DNA of 64,000 nt from Candidatus Spongiisociaceae bacterium (GTDB lineage: Bacteria > Actinomycetota > Acidimicrobiia > Spongiisociales > Spongiisociaceae): NCBI GenBank assembly GCA_965262915.1, contig OZ253564.1:4050909-4114908 (forward strand), written 5' to 3'. The translations under genes were made by a program, and so were the position numbers. Shown piece after piece: positions 1-9,618 of this stretch. Within the stretch, counting starts at the first letter, position 1. The number at the start of each line of letters is the position of its first letter. The notes below the pieces were generated by a model. The model saw nothing but the letters and a program-made list of their open reading frames with translations, did no database searches and was not told the DNA's origin.

Positions 1-291
1 GGGCCGGGCGAAGATCGATCGTCTCGTTCCTGTGCTGCCGTTCAGCATGGAGTCGGCGAGACTTCCGCAGCTGCGGAGGTCCCTGGCCGTCTATCGCCTC
101 GCCTTCGGCCAGCCACGCCAGGAGGAACTAGTCAAATTCTTGGGTGATCGCATCAACCCTGACCACTTGCCGCATTGGCTCTCGCAACTCCGCATCGACC
201 TGTCTCCCCCGCTACCGGGTAAGCCTGTGTAAGGAGGACCTTCGAGCAACCAACACCTGGCCTAGTCTCTGGTGTCTGGTCTTATTATATC

Positions 292-331
292 TTACCAACT
301 ACCAACTACCAACTACCAACTACCAACTACC
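292..331. repeat. Heptamer microsatellite (CTACCAA)n, about 5.7 copies
   Basis: Direct reading shows ttaccaa followed by ctaccaa x4 and a partial unit, in the intergenic region downstream of the Nudix gene end. Confidence 0.9.
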
Positions 332-347
332 TGCGGCAGGTCACCGA

Positions 348-1103
348 CTACGGGGATCGACCTTTCCGCCTCGTAGGGGACCTCGGAATGGGTAAAGATA
401 TAGGCGCGACGTCGCCGGTCTGGTAGGTCCTGGCTGGGCGCCCCCCTCCCGCGCTCGGATCGGTGCGGTCACCGGTTGAGCGTAGGTATCCGGGAGTCCT
501 CGTGACTTTACGGTGGAAGTTGGCCGGTTCCAGACGAGCGTTCCACACCGCCTCGTAGACCCTCCGCAACTGGCTTATGGTGAACTCCGGCGGGCAGAAC
601 TGTGCCGCAAGCGTGGTGTACTCGAGCTTGGAGCGCACTCGTTCGACCGCTTCCGCGATGATCTTGTCGTGGTCGAAGGCAATCTTGAGAGCGTCGGCCT
701 CGACCATCACCACCGGGAAGAGATCGGCGTCGGCCGCGTCCCCTCCCCCGCGCGGTTTGGGTAGGTTGGCGAGGATGGCCCAGTAGGCCACGGTGACCAC
801 CCGTATCCTGGGATCGCGCTCCGGCGTTCCATACGTACCCAGTTGTTCGAGGTACACCTGAGTGGCCTCGACTCCGGTCTCCTCTTCCAGTTCTCGCCGG
901 GCCGCTGCGTCGAGATCTTCGTCGGGGAGCACGAAGCCGCCGGGTAGCGCCCAGTATCCCCGGTAGGGGCGTTGACCCCGCCGGACCAGGAGAACTTGGA
1001 GTTGGTCGTCGACGATGGTGAAGGTGACCACGTCGACGGTGACCGCTACCGGCGGGTACGCCCGAGGCTCGTAGTCCTTCGGAGGCCTCGTGTCACTACC
1101 CAT
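348..1103 (-). CDS. Nudix hydrolase with C-terminal NrtR-like winged-helix domain (putative ADP-ribose-responsive regulator)
   Basis: Nudix box GGFVLPDEDLDAAARRELEEETGV (GX5EX7REUXEEXGU); C-terminal 90 aa resemble the NrtR DNA-binding domain; 251 aa. Confidence 0.75.
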   Translation of the reverse strand: MGSDTRPPKDYEPRAYPPVAVTVDVVTFTIVDDQLQVLLVRRGQRPYRGYWALPGGFVLPDEDLDAAARRELEEETGVEATQVYLEQLGTYGTPERDPRIRVVTVAYWAILANLPKPRGGGDAADADLFPVVMVEADALKIAFDHDKIIAEAVERVRSKLEYTTLAAQFCPPEFTISQLRRVYEAVWNARLEPANFHRKVTRTPGYLRSTGDRTDPSAGGGRPARTYQTGDVAPISLPIPRSPTRRKGRSP

Positions 1104-1126
1104 CTTTACAATGTTATCAGTTTATG

Positions 1127-1162
1127 TTGACAGGACAAGAACTAGACGTTATTGTCATGATG
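1127..1162 (+). promoter_or_regulatory. Putative sigma70-like promoter (TTGACA-17bp-TATTGT) in an AT-rich divergent intergenic region
   Basis: ttgaca ggacaagaactagacgt tattgt read directly; AT-rich 100-bp gap between divergent genes. Confidence 0.3.
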
Positions 1163-1243
1163 GAATAAACTGGCACGGCTCGGCGTCGTAGTAGATGCGG
1201 AGCCGTGTGCGCACCCGAAACACCCCTAACCAAAGGAGAGACA

Positions 1244-2854
1244 TTGACTGACGCGACCGTTACCGAGCCGACCAAGCTCTGGTTCCTTCTAGACCGTTCA
1301 GGATCGATGAGCAGCCTCACCGAGGATGTGATCGGAGGATTCAACGCGTTCATCGCGGAACAGGCGCAGGAACCCGGAAGCGTGCATCTCACCCTCGTAC
1401 AGTTCGACAGCCAGGCCCCGTTCGAAATCATCCACAATGCAGCGCGAATCGAAGAGGTTCCGCAACTCACCACCGACGTCTACCGCCCACGAGGGGGCAC
1501 ACCTCTACTGGACGCCATCGGTGACATCATCGAACACGCCGACCGCCGTATCGAAACCCGATCCCGGGACCATCGACCGGCGGAGGACCAGTTGGTGGTG
1601 ATCTTCAGCGACGGGTTGGAGAACGCCTCCCGCCGCTTCGACCGGGCAAGGGTGGCGGAGTTGATCAGCAAGCGCCAGGAAGCCGGTTGGGAGTTCGTGT
1701 TCATGGGCGCCAACCAGGACAGCTACCTCGAAGCGGGAAAGATCGGAGTCTCCGAGGAGAGCATCTCCAACTTCGGCGCCACCGCAACGGGCACTGCCGC
1801 GGCGTTCCAGTCGATCTCGCGAGCCACCAGGGAGTATCGCGGAAAGACCAGGATCGAACGGACGAGAGATTCCGGACGGTTCTATGGCGGAACTCGCGAG
1901 GCGGAGGCCGAGATGGGCAAGCGAGGAGGACGAGCCAGGGTCCCGAAGCAGCGCCAGGGTATCCCCAACCTGGAGCGGGCGGCGGCTGGCCGACCCATTA
2001 CCCGTCTGGGGATCTCCCTGTTCCCTGTCTACCTACCTGGGAACGACCTCCCGGAGATCGCTACTGGACGGGGCTCGGGCCTGGTCATCGAGGAACTACC
2101 TGCTTCGACGGTTCCGTTCCTCGGGGTGACGAACGCAACCACCCGGGCGGTTCTGATCCCGGAGGGAGAACAACTCATCGGGGGTCTCCAGGACCGGGTG
2201 CTGAACACAACCGTCCTGGTGGCTCCTTCCACCCACTTGGACATACCCGTGTCCTGTCTCGAGCAGGGACGATGGGGCAATCGCCGTGCTTTCGAGCATG
2301 GCCGCGCTTACGCGCCGAGACGAACCCGGCGGGCGAAGAACGCGTCGGTATCCGATGCGGTCCGTAGGGACGGATCCCGTCGGAGCGACCAAGCGGCTGT
2401 CTGGAACAGCATCGACCGGGAACTGGCCCGAAGAGGGGTCAACTCCCCGACCCGAGCCGTACGGGACGCCGATCAGTTCCTGCGCCATGACCGGAGACGG
2501 GCCGATACGATCGAACGTCTGGTGAGTCGAGGTCCGCTGCCCGGCCAGTCCGGCGTGGTGGTCACGCACGGTAGGCGGGTGGTGGCGGTCGACGTGTTCG
2601 GCAACCACGACCTGCTGGTCCCCCACTGGGAAGGTTTGATCCGCTCCTATCTCGCGGAGCGACCGACCTCGAACGGATATCCCTCTGCTACCCGGGCGTT
2701 GAGCGTGATCAGCCGCCTCGGTAAGGCACCGGCGGTCGAGAATCCGGGGCTCGGACTCGGCGTCGACGTCCACGTGAACGAGGGACGAATTGTGGGTCAA
2801 GCACTGACGCTCGGTGCAGCTGTCGTTCACGCATCAGCCTTCATGGTTGGTTAG
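1244..2854 (+). CDS. vWA-domain protein with about 320-aa C-terminal domain of unknown function
   Basis: MIDAS motif LLDRSGSMSS and a vWA fold over about 200 aa; likely TTG start after AAAGGAGAG RBS; C-terminal half (LPEIATGRGSGLVIEEL...VSCLEQGRWG...) not recognised. Confidence 0.7.
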   Translation: MTDATVTEPTKLWFLLDRSGSMSSLTEDVIGGFNAFIAEQAQEPGSVHLTLVQFDSQAPFEIIHNAARIEEVPQLTTDVYRPRGGTPLLDAIGDIIEHADRRIETRSRDHRPAEDQLVVIFSDGLENASRRFDRARVAELISKRQEAGWEFVFMGANQDSYLEAGKIGVSEESISNFGATATGTAAAFQSISRATREYRGKTRIERTRDSGRFYGGTREAEAEMGKRGGRARVPKQRQGIPNLERAAAGRPITRLGISLFPVYLPGNDLPEIATGRGSGLVIEELPASTVPFLGVTNATTRAVLIPEGEQLIGGLQDRVLNTTVLVAPSTHLDIPVSCLEQGRWGNRRAFEHGRAYAPRRTRRAKNASVSDAVRRDGSRRSDQAAVWNSIDRELARRGVNSPTRAVRDADQFLRHDRRRADTIERLVSRGPLPGQSGVVVTHGRRVVAVDVFGNHDLLVPHWEGLIRSYLAERPTSNGYPSATRALSVISRLGKAPAVENPGLGLGVDVHVNEGRIVGQALTLGAAVVHASAFMVG

Positions 2855-2904
2855 GAAGACACGACGACCGCACATCGATCGGTCTCGGCTCCGGCCGGGG
2901 CCGA

Positions 2905-3501
2905 TCAGAAGGAAGGCGGGGAGGTGACCACGAGGAACCTGCACCCGGCCCGACCGGTCGCCCTCATGGTGTGGGGGATCGTGGCCGGGTAGGCGTATAC
3001 GTCCCCACGGGCCAACTCCACAGGATCTGAGCCTTCCAGTTCCACCCGGAGACGGCCCTCCAAGATGTAGATGACCTCCTCGCCTTCGTGGCCGGCGTTG
3101 ACCGTACCGGCGCCCGGGACGAAGGTGACCTCGTTCGGTTCCATGAGGTGGGCGTCGCCACGAGTGAGGAACCGCACCGATCCGCCCTCGGTCAGCTCGT
3201 AGGAGTCGCCCTCGCTGTCCCGCACGAGGCTGACCTCCAGCCTCTCCCGGGGTTGGAGCAGGCTGTGGGCAGTGGTCTCGAGAGCCTGGGCGACGTTGTG
3301 GAGAGCCATCAGGCTCGGCATGGCCTTGCCGTTCTCGAGCTGGCTCAGGAACGGCTGCGACAGGCCACAGCGCTTGGCCAACTGCTGCAACGTCAGACCC
3401 TGTGCCTTGCGGAGTCTCCTGAGCGCTGCCCCCAGAGTCGCCGCCACCGCCTCCCCGTCAACCGATCGGGTTTCCTTACCGGCCTGGGCGCCATCAGTCA
3501 T
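2905..3501 (-). CDS. XRE-family HTH transcriptional regulator with C-terminal cupin domain
   Basis: HTH_XRE LTLQQLAKRCGLSQPFLSQLENGK; C-terminal beta-barrel cupin-like region; 198 aa. Confidence 0.85.
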   Translation of the reverse strand: MTDGAQAGKETRSVDGEAVAATLGAALRRLRKAQGLTLQQLAKRCGLSQPFLSQLENGKAMPSLMALHNVAQALETTAHSLLQPRERLEVSLVRDSEGDSYELTEGGSVRFLTRGDAHLMEPNEVTFVPGAGTVNAGHEGEEVIYILEGRLRVELEGSDPVELARGDVYAYPATIPHTMRATGRAGCRFLVVTSPPSF

Positions 3502-3625
3502 GGCGTGATGGTACCGCCCGCCCGCCCGGCCGGTCGGGAGTCCAACGGGATCGACCGGCTCCGGCTGATCGAGACGTCTCCTACCGCCGTTCCTCTAGCG
3601 GGTTCGACCGTCGCTCACCTGCTTG

Positions 3626-5035
3626 CTAGGCGAGCCCGATCCGTGCGATGAGTCCCCGGGCGCGGCCTCGAGCCTCGGAGATCACCTCGTCCTGATCGAC
3701 CTGTGTACACTGTCCCTCCTCGACGATGACCTGCCCGCCGACGATGTTCATGGTCACATCGCTTCCCCGGGCCGCGTAGACCAAGGCGGTGCGGGGATCG
3801 TGAACGGGGGTCAGATGGGCACGGCTCGTGTCCAGCACGATCACGTCTGCCAGCGCCCCGGGAGCCAAGCGACCGGCATCGATACCGAGAGCCGCCGCTC
3901 CACCCGTGGTGGCGATGCGTAGCGCCTCCGCGGCGGACGACGCCCCCGGGTCGAGTTCCGCCAAGCGGTGCATGAGAACCAGCATCTTCATGTTCTCGAA
4001 GAGATCCTGGCGGTGCCCGCAGGTAGAGCCGTCGGTGCCGAGCGCCACCGTCGCTCCGGCGTCGAGCAGCCGGCGCATCGGCATGACCCCGTATGGCACG
4101 TACTGGTTGGACATCGGACAGTGCACCACCGCGGTGCGAGTGGAGCCGATGGCCTCGATCTCCTCGTCGTTCACCCAAGTGGCGTGGGCCAGCACCGCGT
4201 CGGGACCCAGCAGCCCTTCTCGGTGCAGCCACATGCCCGGACGGAGCCCGTAGGTCTCCCGATACACGTCGGGATCGCTCTTGGGTGCGCTGAGGTGGGT
4301 GTGCCAACCCGTCCCGTGCGACCGCGCCAAGCTCACGGCGGATGCCAGGAGGTTCTGGTCGGTGTAGACGGTATTGATCGGACCGGGCCACACCGCTACT
4401 CGAGACCCGGGTGGCCGAGCCTTGATGCAAGCCTCGGTGATGCCCAACTCTTCGTCGTCGGTGAGCGGAAAAGCCTTTCTCGGCAATCCCTGGCGCTCGG
4501 CCAGCGCGGTGTAGCCACCGGCCACACCCCGAGCCACCACCCCCCTCAGCCCCACCTCCTCGATCGCGCTCGCCACCGCCAGCGTGGTGTCGTAGTCCGT
4601 GCGACCGTAGTGATGATCGAGCAGGCTGGTGGTCCCCGCCAACGCTGCCTCGACCGCACCCAGGTATACGGCGGCCTTCGTTTCCTCTGGTGTGATCTCC
4701 GCTGCGTAAGGCCACATGAACCTGCTCAGCCACTCCCAACCAGGCAAGCCTTCGCCGAGTGTGCGACCCAGCGCTTGGAAAAGGTGGTTGTGGCAATCGA
4801 CCAGCCCCGGCATCACCAACCGACCACGGTACGAGATCACCCGCTCGGCCTGGTACCCGGAAATCTCGTACCCTTCTCCGACGGCCACGATCCGGTCCCC
4901 CACGATCGCCACGAACCCGCCCTCGACAACCGGCCGTTCCGGATCAAGGGTGACAACAGTACCCCCCTCGAGAATAAGGTCGCACCCAACCGGTTGCTCG
5001 TCGGCCGTCATGCAGGCTCCTTCGCTCATCCGCAT
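3626..5035 (-). CDS. Amidohydrolase, chlorohydrolase/aminohydrolase (TRZ/ATZ, SsnA-like) family deaminase
   Basis: Metal-binding LVDCHNHLFQ motif and overall amidohydrolase architecture; start at internal Met of track ORF (alternative 5011). Confidence 0.85.
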   Translation of the reverse strand: MRMSEGACMTADEQPVGCDLILEGGTVVTLDPERPVVEGGFVAIVGDRIVAVGEGYEISGYQAERVISYRGRLVMPGLVDCHNHLFQALGRTLGEGLPGWEWLSRFMWPYAAEITPEETKAAVYLGAVEAALAGTTSLLDHHYGRTDYDTTLAVASAIEEVGLRGVVARGVAGGYTALAERQGLPRKAFPLTDDEELGITEACIKARPPGSRVAVWPGPINTVYTDQNLLASAVSLARSHGTGWHTHLSAPKSDPDVYRETYGLRPGMWLHREGLLGPDAVLAHATWVNDEEIEAIGSTRTAVVHCPMSNQYVPYGVMPMRRLLDAGATVALGTDGSTCGHRQDLFENMKMLVLMHRLAELDPGASSAAEALRIATTGGAAALGIDAGRLAPGALADVIVLDTSRAHLTPVHDPRTALVYAARGSDVTMNIVGGQVIVEEGQCTQVDQDEVISEARGRARGLIARIGLA

Positions 5036-5085
5036 TCCTAGGGGGGAACAATCGTAAAGAGAGCCGTAGCTCACCCGTTCCGGTA

Positions 5086-6078
5086 TTAAAGGAGAGATCT
5101 CCCGAGGCGGTCTTCGATATGCCCGACGCTCCACCGGATGTCATCCGCGGCCAGCACGTCCGGGTCGAACCGTCCAGCGGTGTAGGTAGCGACCGAACAA
5201 GCGATACGGGCCATGTCCCGAACCACCTCCCGGGTGGGCTGAACATACCGTGCTCCCGTCCGGTACCGGGACTGTTCGTGCCACGTGCTTATGGCGGCGG
5301 CGCCCAGCGGATCCAGCAGTTGAGGTACCACGCTGCGGTGGGGTTCCACCAGCTGCTCGCACAGCCTGGCGATGTCGTGTCCCCATGCCGAGCCTCGGGG
5401 AGCGGAATCGAGATGTATCAGAGACTTCAATGAAGCTTCTACCGTCCTGTGAGCCTCTCCGCACGCTCGCCGGAGCCTGACCTCGGACAGGTTGAACGCC
5501 CGGTCCGCGTTGCCCGCACGCAGTTCCAATCGTTCCAGCGAGGAAGGCTCGAGGTGACCGAGCAAAGTCACCAACGCTTCGTTCGTTTCGGCCAGTCGCT
5601 CAACGGCTTCCGCGTGATCGCTGGTGGGCACCACCATCTCCTTACCCCAGTTCACGTCTGCGGCAGCCCTCCGGTCAACCAGAACCACCCCGTTCCTAGC
5701 CGCCCGACTCTCGACCGACGTTGTTACCTGCTCGGTCCGGATCTTCCACTCGGGCCTGTCGGTGACGATCACATCGACTGGGTGGCCGGCCGCCGCCCTC
5801 GCCAGCGCCGACAACTCGTCCTGCGATTGGTCACGTCTTCGGTAGTCCAGATCGTCGTAGATCGCCACCAAGTCGATATCGCTACAGATGGTAGCCTTAC
5901 CGCGCGCAACCGAACCGAACAATACCACCCGACCCACGCCGGCATCAGCTAACGCTGCTGCCGCCCTCTCGGCATCAGCCCGGCACGGAACCGATGCCAC
6001 CACCTCAGCTCTCACCTCCGCCACAACCAGCACTTCCCACTCAGGTGTCCGCCCCATACCTACCCGCGTACTCCCCAC
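5086..6078 (-). CDS. Single-chain nucleotidyltransferase (MNT) plus HEPN-like domain protein
   Basis: MNT motif LFGSVARGKATICSDIDLVAI in N-terminal half; C-terminal helical region with Rx4-6H-like RGSAWGH motif. Confidence 0.65.
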   Translation of the reverse strand: MGSTRVGMGRTPEWEVLVVAEVRAEVVASVPCRADAERAAAALADAGVGRVVLFGSVARGKATICSDIDLVAIYDDLDYRRRDQSQDELSALARAAAGHPVDVIVTDRPEWKIRTEQVTTSVESRAARNGVVLVDRRAAADVNWGKEMVVPTSDHAEAVERLAETNEALVTLLGHLEPSSLERLELRAGNADRAFNLSEVRLRRACGEAHRTVEASLKSLIHLDSAPRGSAWGHDIARLCEQLVEPHRSVVPQLLDPLGAAAISTWHEQSRYRTGARYVQPTREVVRDMARIACSVATYTAGRFDPDVLAADDIRWSVGHIEDRLGRSLL

Positions 6079-6296
6079 AATGCCACGGCAATCCCCACCG
6101 CCGTATGTCCGAGCATCATACGTTTGGCGTCAGACTATCCGCTACCGCGACCGCCCGCGGAGGGTTCTGACCGACGCTCGTTTCGGGAGACGCCCCGACC
6201 GCAGACCTGACCGATGATCGTAGACACCGGTTCCGGGCTAAGAAAGGAGGGGGTATGTGAGGCAAAAGGTTCTTGTCAATCTGATACAATAAGAGG

Positions 6297-7629
6297 ATGA
6301 CCGAACCCTCACCGCCCCCATCCGATGTCCCGACCCGCACCCTGACACGTATGGGCAAGACGGGAATCACACAACTCAGGACCGGAGCTTCGAAACTCGC
6401 GCGGGTACCGCAAGGAACTACGGAACTCGTAGTCGAATCAAGCCGTGTCGTCTATGGCCACACCAGCCGAACGGTCAAGGACCTGAAAGAAGCTGATCTG
6501 AGGTTCCACCGCCGACCGATCGAACTGACACAAGCCATTACCGTTTCCGCGCAGGCCCGGTTAGGAGATACCGCCGAAACGGCAAACAACTCAGATCGGC
6601 AAAGCCACAACCACAGCCGCCACCAAGGTCGGAGACCTCACAGGAACCGCAGCATCCGAAATCGGCAAAGCCACAACCACAGCCGCCACCAAGGTCGGAG
6701 ACCTCACAGGAACCGCAGCATCCGAAATCGGCAAAGCCATAGGCATAAGCGCAGCGAGGCTTGCGGAACACAGCCGGGCCTTCCACCAGAGCTGCAGGGA
6801 GTCCTTCAAATCGCTCGACGACCGGCCCAGAAACTTAGGAGAGGATGCAGACGCGTGGGCCCAAGCCGCCGCGGCAGGAGCCTGGGGAGCGTTCCTGACG
6901 CTGCAGAAGGCGGTTCCGTCGTTCAGTGACCTTCCCCCGGCCATGAAGGCGAAGTTCGCAACGGCGGGACTTCGCGGGGCTTGGAGACCGGTCGACATTG
7001 CGGATGCCTTCTACCAGTCGAGCGTGCCGTCCCCGGTTCGAAATCTAGGGAAGGACGCAGTGCTCGCCTTCGTCGACGGAAAGCATGCTGGCCATATCGA
7101 AGCGGTCGCCAATGCTCCCGGAAGGATGATGGACGCTACCAACATCGTTTGGGAGCGCGCCCGTGACAACCTGGCTCGCGGCGCCGCCGACATGACCCCG
7201 CTCGAATTGGCAAAGGCCAACGCCCTGAACGCGCTGCACGCCACCGGGATCGTAATGGCCGAGGCACTCCAAACTGCTGCCGTCGCCGGCTGCATAGGCA
7301 TGGCGCTCGAGGGAGTGGTCAGCGTGACCGAGAACCTCATCTACGTCTACAAGGACGAGATGACTCCCCAGCAGGGAGGCAGGAGGGTCTTGAAAGACAT
7401 GCTGAAGAAAGGCAAGGCGGCTGCGATCGGCGGGGCCGGCATGACGGTAGTGGTTGCCTTGGGTGCAGGCTCCGCCCTCGCGACAGCCGCTCCCGTTCTT
7501 GTAACGGTCGGAGGGGTGGTGTACATCGTGAGCGCTTACAGTCGTATCAAAACGGCATTGGATTCGGCCGAGGAGCAACCGAATCTTCTAGCTCTGGATC
7601 CGTCGTCTCACGCGATGGGCACCGCCTGA
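6297..7629 (+). pseudogene. Hypothetical repeat-containing protein gene with apparent +1 frameshift near 6585-6600 (or two separate ORFs 6297-6929 and 6943-7629)
   Basis: Frame of 6943 ORF stays open upstream to 6565 and encodes 2 x 22-aa repeat IGKATTTAATKVGDLTGTAASE; N-terminal part in another frame from ATG 6297 with RBS. Confidence 0.4.
6595..6726 (+). repeat. Perfect 66-bp tandem direct repeat x2 (third partial copy follows)
   Basis: Identical 66-mers atcggcaaagccacaaccacagccgccaccaaggtcggagacctcacaggaaccgcagcatccgaa read at 6595 and 6661. Confidence 0.9.
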
Positions 7630-7690
7630 TCCTGACACCAGTTATCGTGGAATAGTCGGGTGTCCGCCCGCAATCCGTGGGGAGGTTTCG

Positions 7691-7909
7691 ATGCCGGTGG
7701 CGCATATCCACTTCATGTACGACCTGGTCGAAGGTGACCTGCAGGAGGCCAAGCGCAGGCTTGCCGACGAGGTGGCCGAAAGCATTGCCCGCAACGTAGT
7801 TCACCATCATCAAGGCTCACCCAAGGAACTGGTGACCGTGGTCTTCCACGACATCGGCGCGGACGATTGGGCCACCGGCGGCAAGCTATTCAGCGACCGG
7901 GCCGACTGA
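7691..7909 (+). CDS. 4-oxalocrotonate tautomerase family enzyme
   Basis: N-terminal MPVAHIHF (catalytic Pro1 after Met removal), 72 aa, GGGGAGG RBS upstream. Confidence 0.85.
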   Translation: MPVAHIHFMYDLVEGDLQEAKRRLADEVAESIARNVVHHHQGSPKELVTVVFHDIGADDWATGGKLFSDRAD

Positions 7910-7990
7910 CACATAACGGATTCGGACCCCGAGGAGCGACAAATCGACAGCGCCTCTACACGGTATGAGCACACCGCGTTGGCAGCCGCG

Positions 7991-9217
7991 CTATCCGGCC
8001 CGACGTAGCCTGTAGTGCGGTAGCGGCACGATCGTCCCGTTGACTTCCCCGCGTACCGGACCCCAGTCCCAGTCGACCTGCACCTGTGTCCCCGGATCAG
8101 CATGAGCCGGCACAACATGGGCGAAACCGATCAGCGACCCGGCCGTGGGGGACCAGGTAACGCTGGTGGTCCGCCCGATACGAGTTCCCTGATGGAGGAT
8201 CGGCAGCGGCAGCCGGATCACCTGCGGCGTTACCTCCGGCGGAATCCCACCGTCATCGTAGAGGGCGACGATCAGGCGATAGTCGATCTGAATCCCTACC
8301 ATCGAACGCTTGGATCCGTTCTCGAACTCACGCTTGAGAGCCTCCCTGCCCAGAAAGTCGGCCTTCTTCCCGAGGTCGACGAAGCGATGCATGTTCAGTT
8401 CCAGCGGAGTGGTTCGGTTCTCGGCCGAGACCGGGATCGGGTCGCCGAGTCGATCTATGGCGGCCGGCGTGTAGTCGGCGCCCACTATCACCAAGCCCGC
8501 CTCGATCCGCGCCACATCCAGCGCGTGCAGCCCAGCGGCACCCAATCCGAGACGCTCCCCGGCTTCGAACAGCAGGTCCCACACCGTAGCCCCGTCGCGT
8601 GTGGCTACCCAGATTTCGTAGCCCACCTCGCCGGTGAACCCCTGGCGAGACACAATCACCTCCGCCCCTCCGATCATGGTTGTACGGAGCCGGGAGAAGC
8701 GAAGATCCGACCAAGCCTCGCCCGTCGCTGCCTCGAGCACCGCGGTCGACTTGGGTCCCTGAAGCGCCAGCAACCCGTAGTCATGCGTTACATCCTCGAT
8801 CACAACGTCGTAGCTCTCGGCGTGGTGGCGGAACCAGTTCATCATCGGATCAGCCGAGAACAGGAACCTGTCTTCTTCTACCCGTGCAACCAGACCGTCA
8901 CCTACCAGGACTCCATCCTCGTTGCACCAAGGGGTGAAATAGACCTGGCCTACCTCGATTCTCGTAGCGTCACGGGTGATGAGATAGTCGACCAACCTCA
9001 TCGCGTCGCGTCCGGCAATGTAGTGCTTGGAAAGGGGCGATTGGTCCAGAGCCGCAGCCTGTTCGCGTATCGTGGCCAACTCGGCCCGCCAGTCTGTGTA
9101 TTCGTCGACGATGTGATACCGATCCCAAGCATTCCACTTCTGACGCTGGTTCAACAACGAGGTACGCGGGTAGAACGCAGTCCCGCGGATCGTCAGATCG
9201 GAGGGGATGGAAGTCAT
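7991..9217 (-). CDS. Aminomethyltransferase (GcvT/DmdA/LigM-like, folate-dependent) family protein
   Basis: 408 aa with GcvT-type fold motifs (FTGEVGYEIW etc.). Confidence 0.85.
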   Translation of the reverse strand: MTSIPSDLTIRGTAFYPRTSLLNQRQKWNAWDRYHIVDEYTDWRAELATIREQAAALDQSPLSKHYIAGRDAMRLVDYLITRDATRIEVGQVYFTPWCNEDGVLVGDGLVARVEEDRFLFSADPMMNWFRHHAESYDVVIEDVTHDYGLLALQGPKSTAVLEAATGEAWSDLRFSRLRTTMIGGAEVIVSRQGFTGEVGYEIWVATRDGATVWDLLFEAGERLGLGAAGLHALDVARIEAGLVIVGADYTPAAIDRLGDPIPVSAENRTTPLELNMHRFVDLGKKADFLGREALKREFENGSKRSMVGIQIDYRLIVALYDDGGIPPEVTPQVIRLPLPILHQGTRIGRTTSVTWSPTAGSLIGFAHVVPAHADPGTQVQVDWDWGPVRGEVNGTIVPLPHYRLRRAG

Positions 9218-9312
9218 TCACGTATCTCCTTTCTCAACCAGACCCCACTGTGGTCAATGTAACGCGACTGATGGAAGTTTCCTCGAGGACGGCGGCTGCC
9301 ACCCTTCCAGAT

Positions 9313-9618
9313 TCAACGGCTCTCCCTGAAGTAGGCCCTAGCAAGCGCAGCCGGTGCTTGCGATCGACGCTTCTGTAGCGGAGACAACCACCATAACCAG
9401 ACGGCTACGTGCACGAACTTCACGGCGCTGGCGTTGAGCCTGACCGCGTCGGCGCTCGCCGGGTCGTGGCCAACGGCGCGCAGGTGTAGGCCGGCCCTGG
9501 TGCGAGATATGTACCACGCGGCCACCGCCACGAATACCCAGGATAGGTAGACCACGGGATCGTAGGACAGGAGAAGTGGGCCTATCCCTGGCCAGTCGCC
9601 AACAGATTCTGAGAACAT
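9313..9618 (-). pseudogene. Fragment of branched-chain amino acid ABC transporter permease (LivM/LivH-like)
   Basis: YISRTRAGLHLRAVGHDPASADAVRLNASAVKFVHVAV matches the conserved LivM core (RAvgeNpeaA...Gi); only 101 aa, sits in a 580-bp divergent intergenic region. Confidence 0.5.

Noticed and set aside
1-232. ORF 32-232 as 3-prime end of a gene entering from upstream of the window
   Set aside because: No recognisable domain and cannot see the start; possible but unsupported.
3615-5041. Long antisense or alternate-frame ORFs (3615-4796 minus, 3968-5041 plus) overlapping the amidohydrolase gene
   Set aside because: Arg/Gly/Pro-rich translations typical of high-GC off-frame ORFs; the amidohydrolase frame has clear family motifs.
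6538-6998. Minus-strand Cys/Gly-rich repeat ORFs (6538-6786, 6591-6998) over the 66-bp repeat
   Set aside because: Artefacts of translating the tandem repeat on the opposite strand; the plus-strand frame connects to a longer ORF.
8102-9262. 386-aa plus-strand ORF overlapping the GcvT-family gene
   Set aside because: Spurious antisense ORF; minus-strand translation has the aminomethyltransferase motifs.
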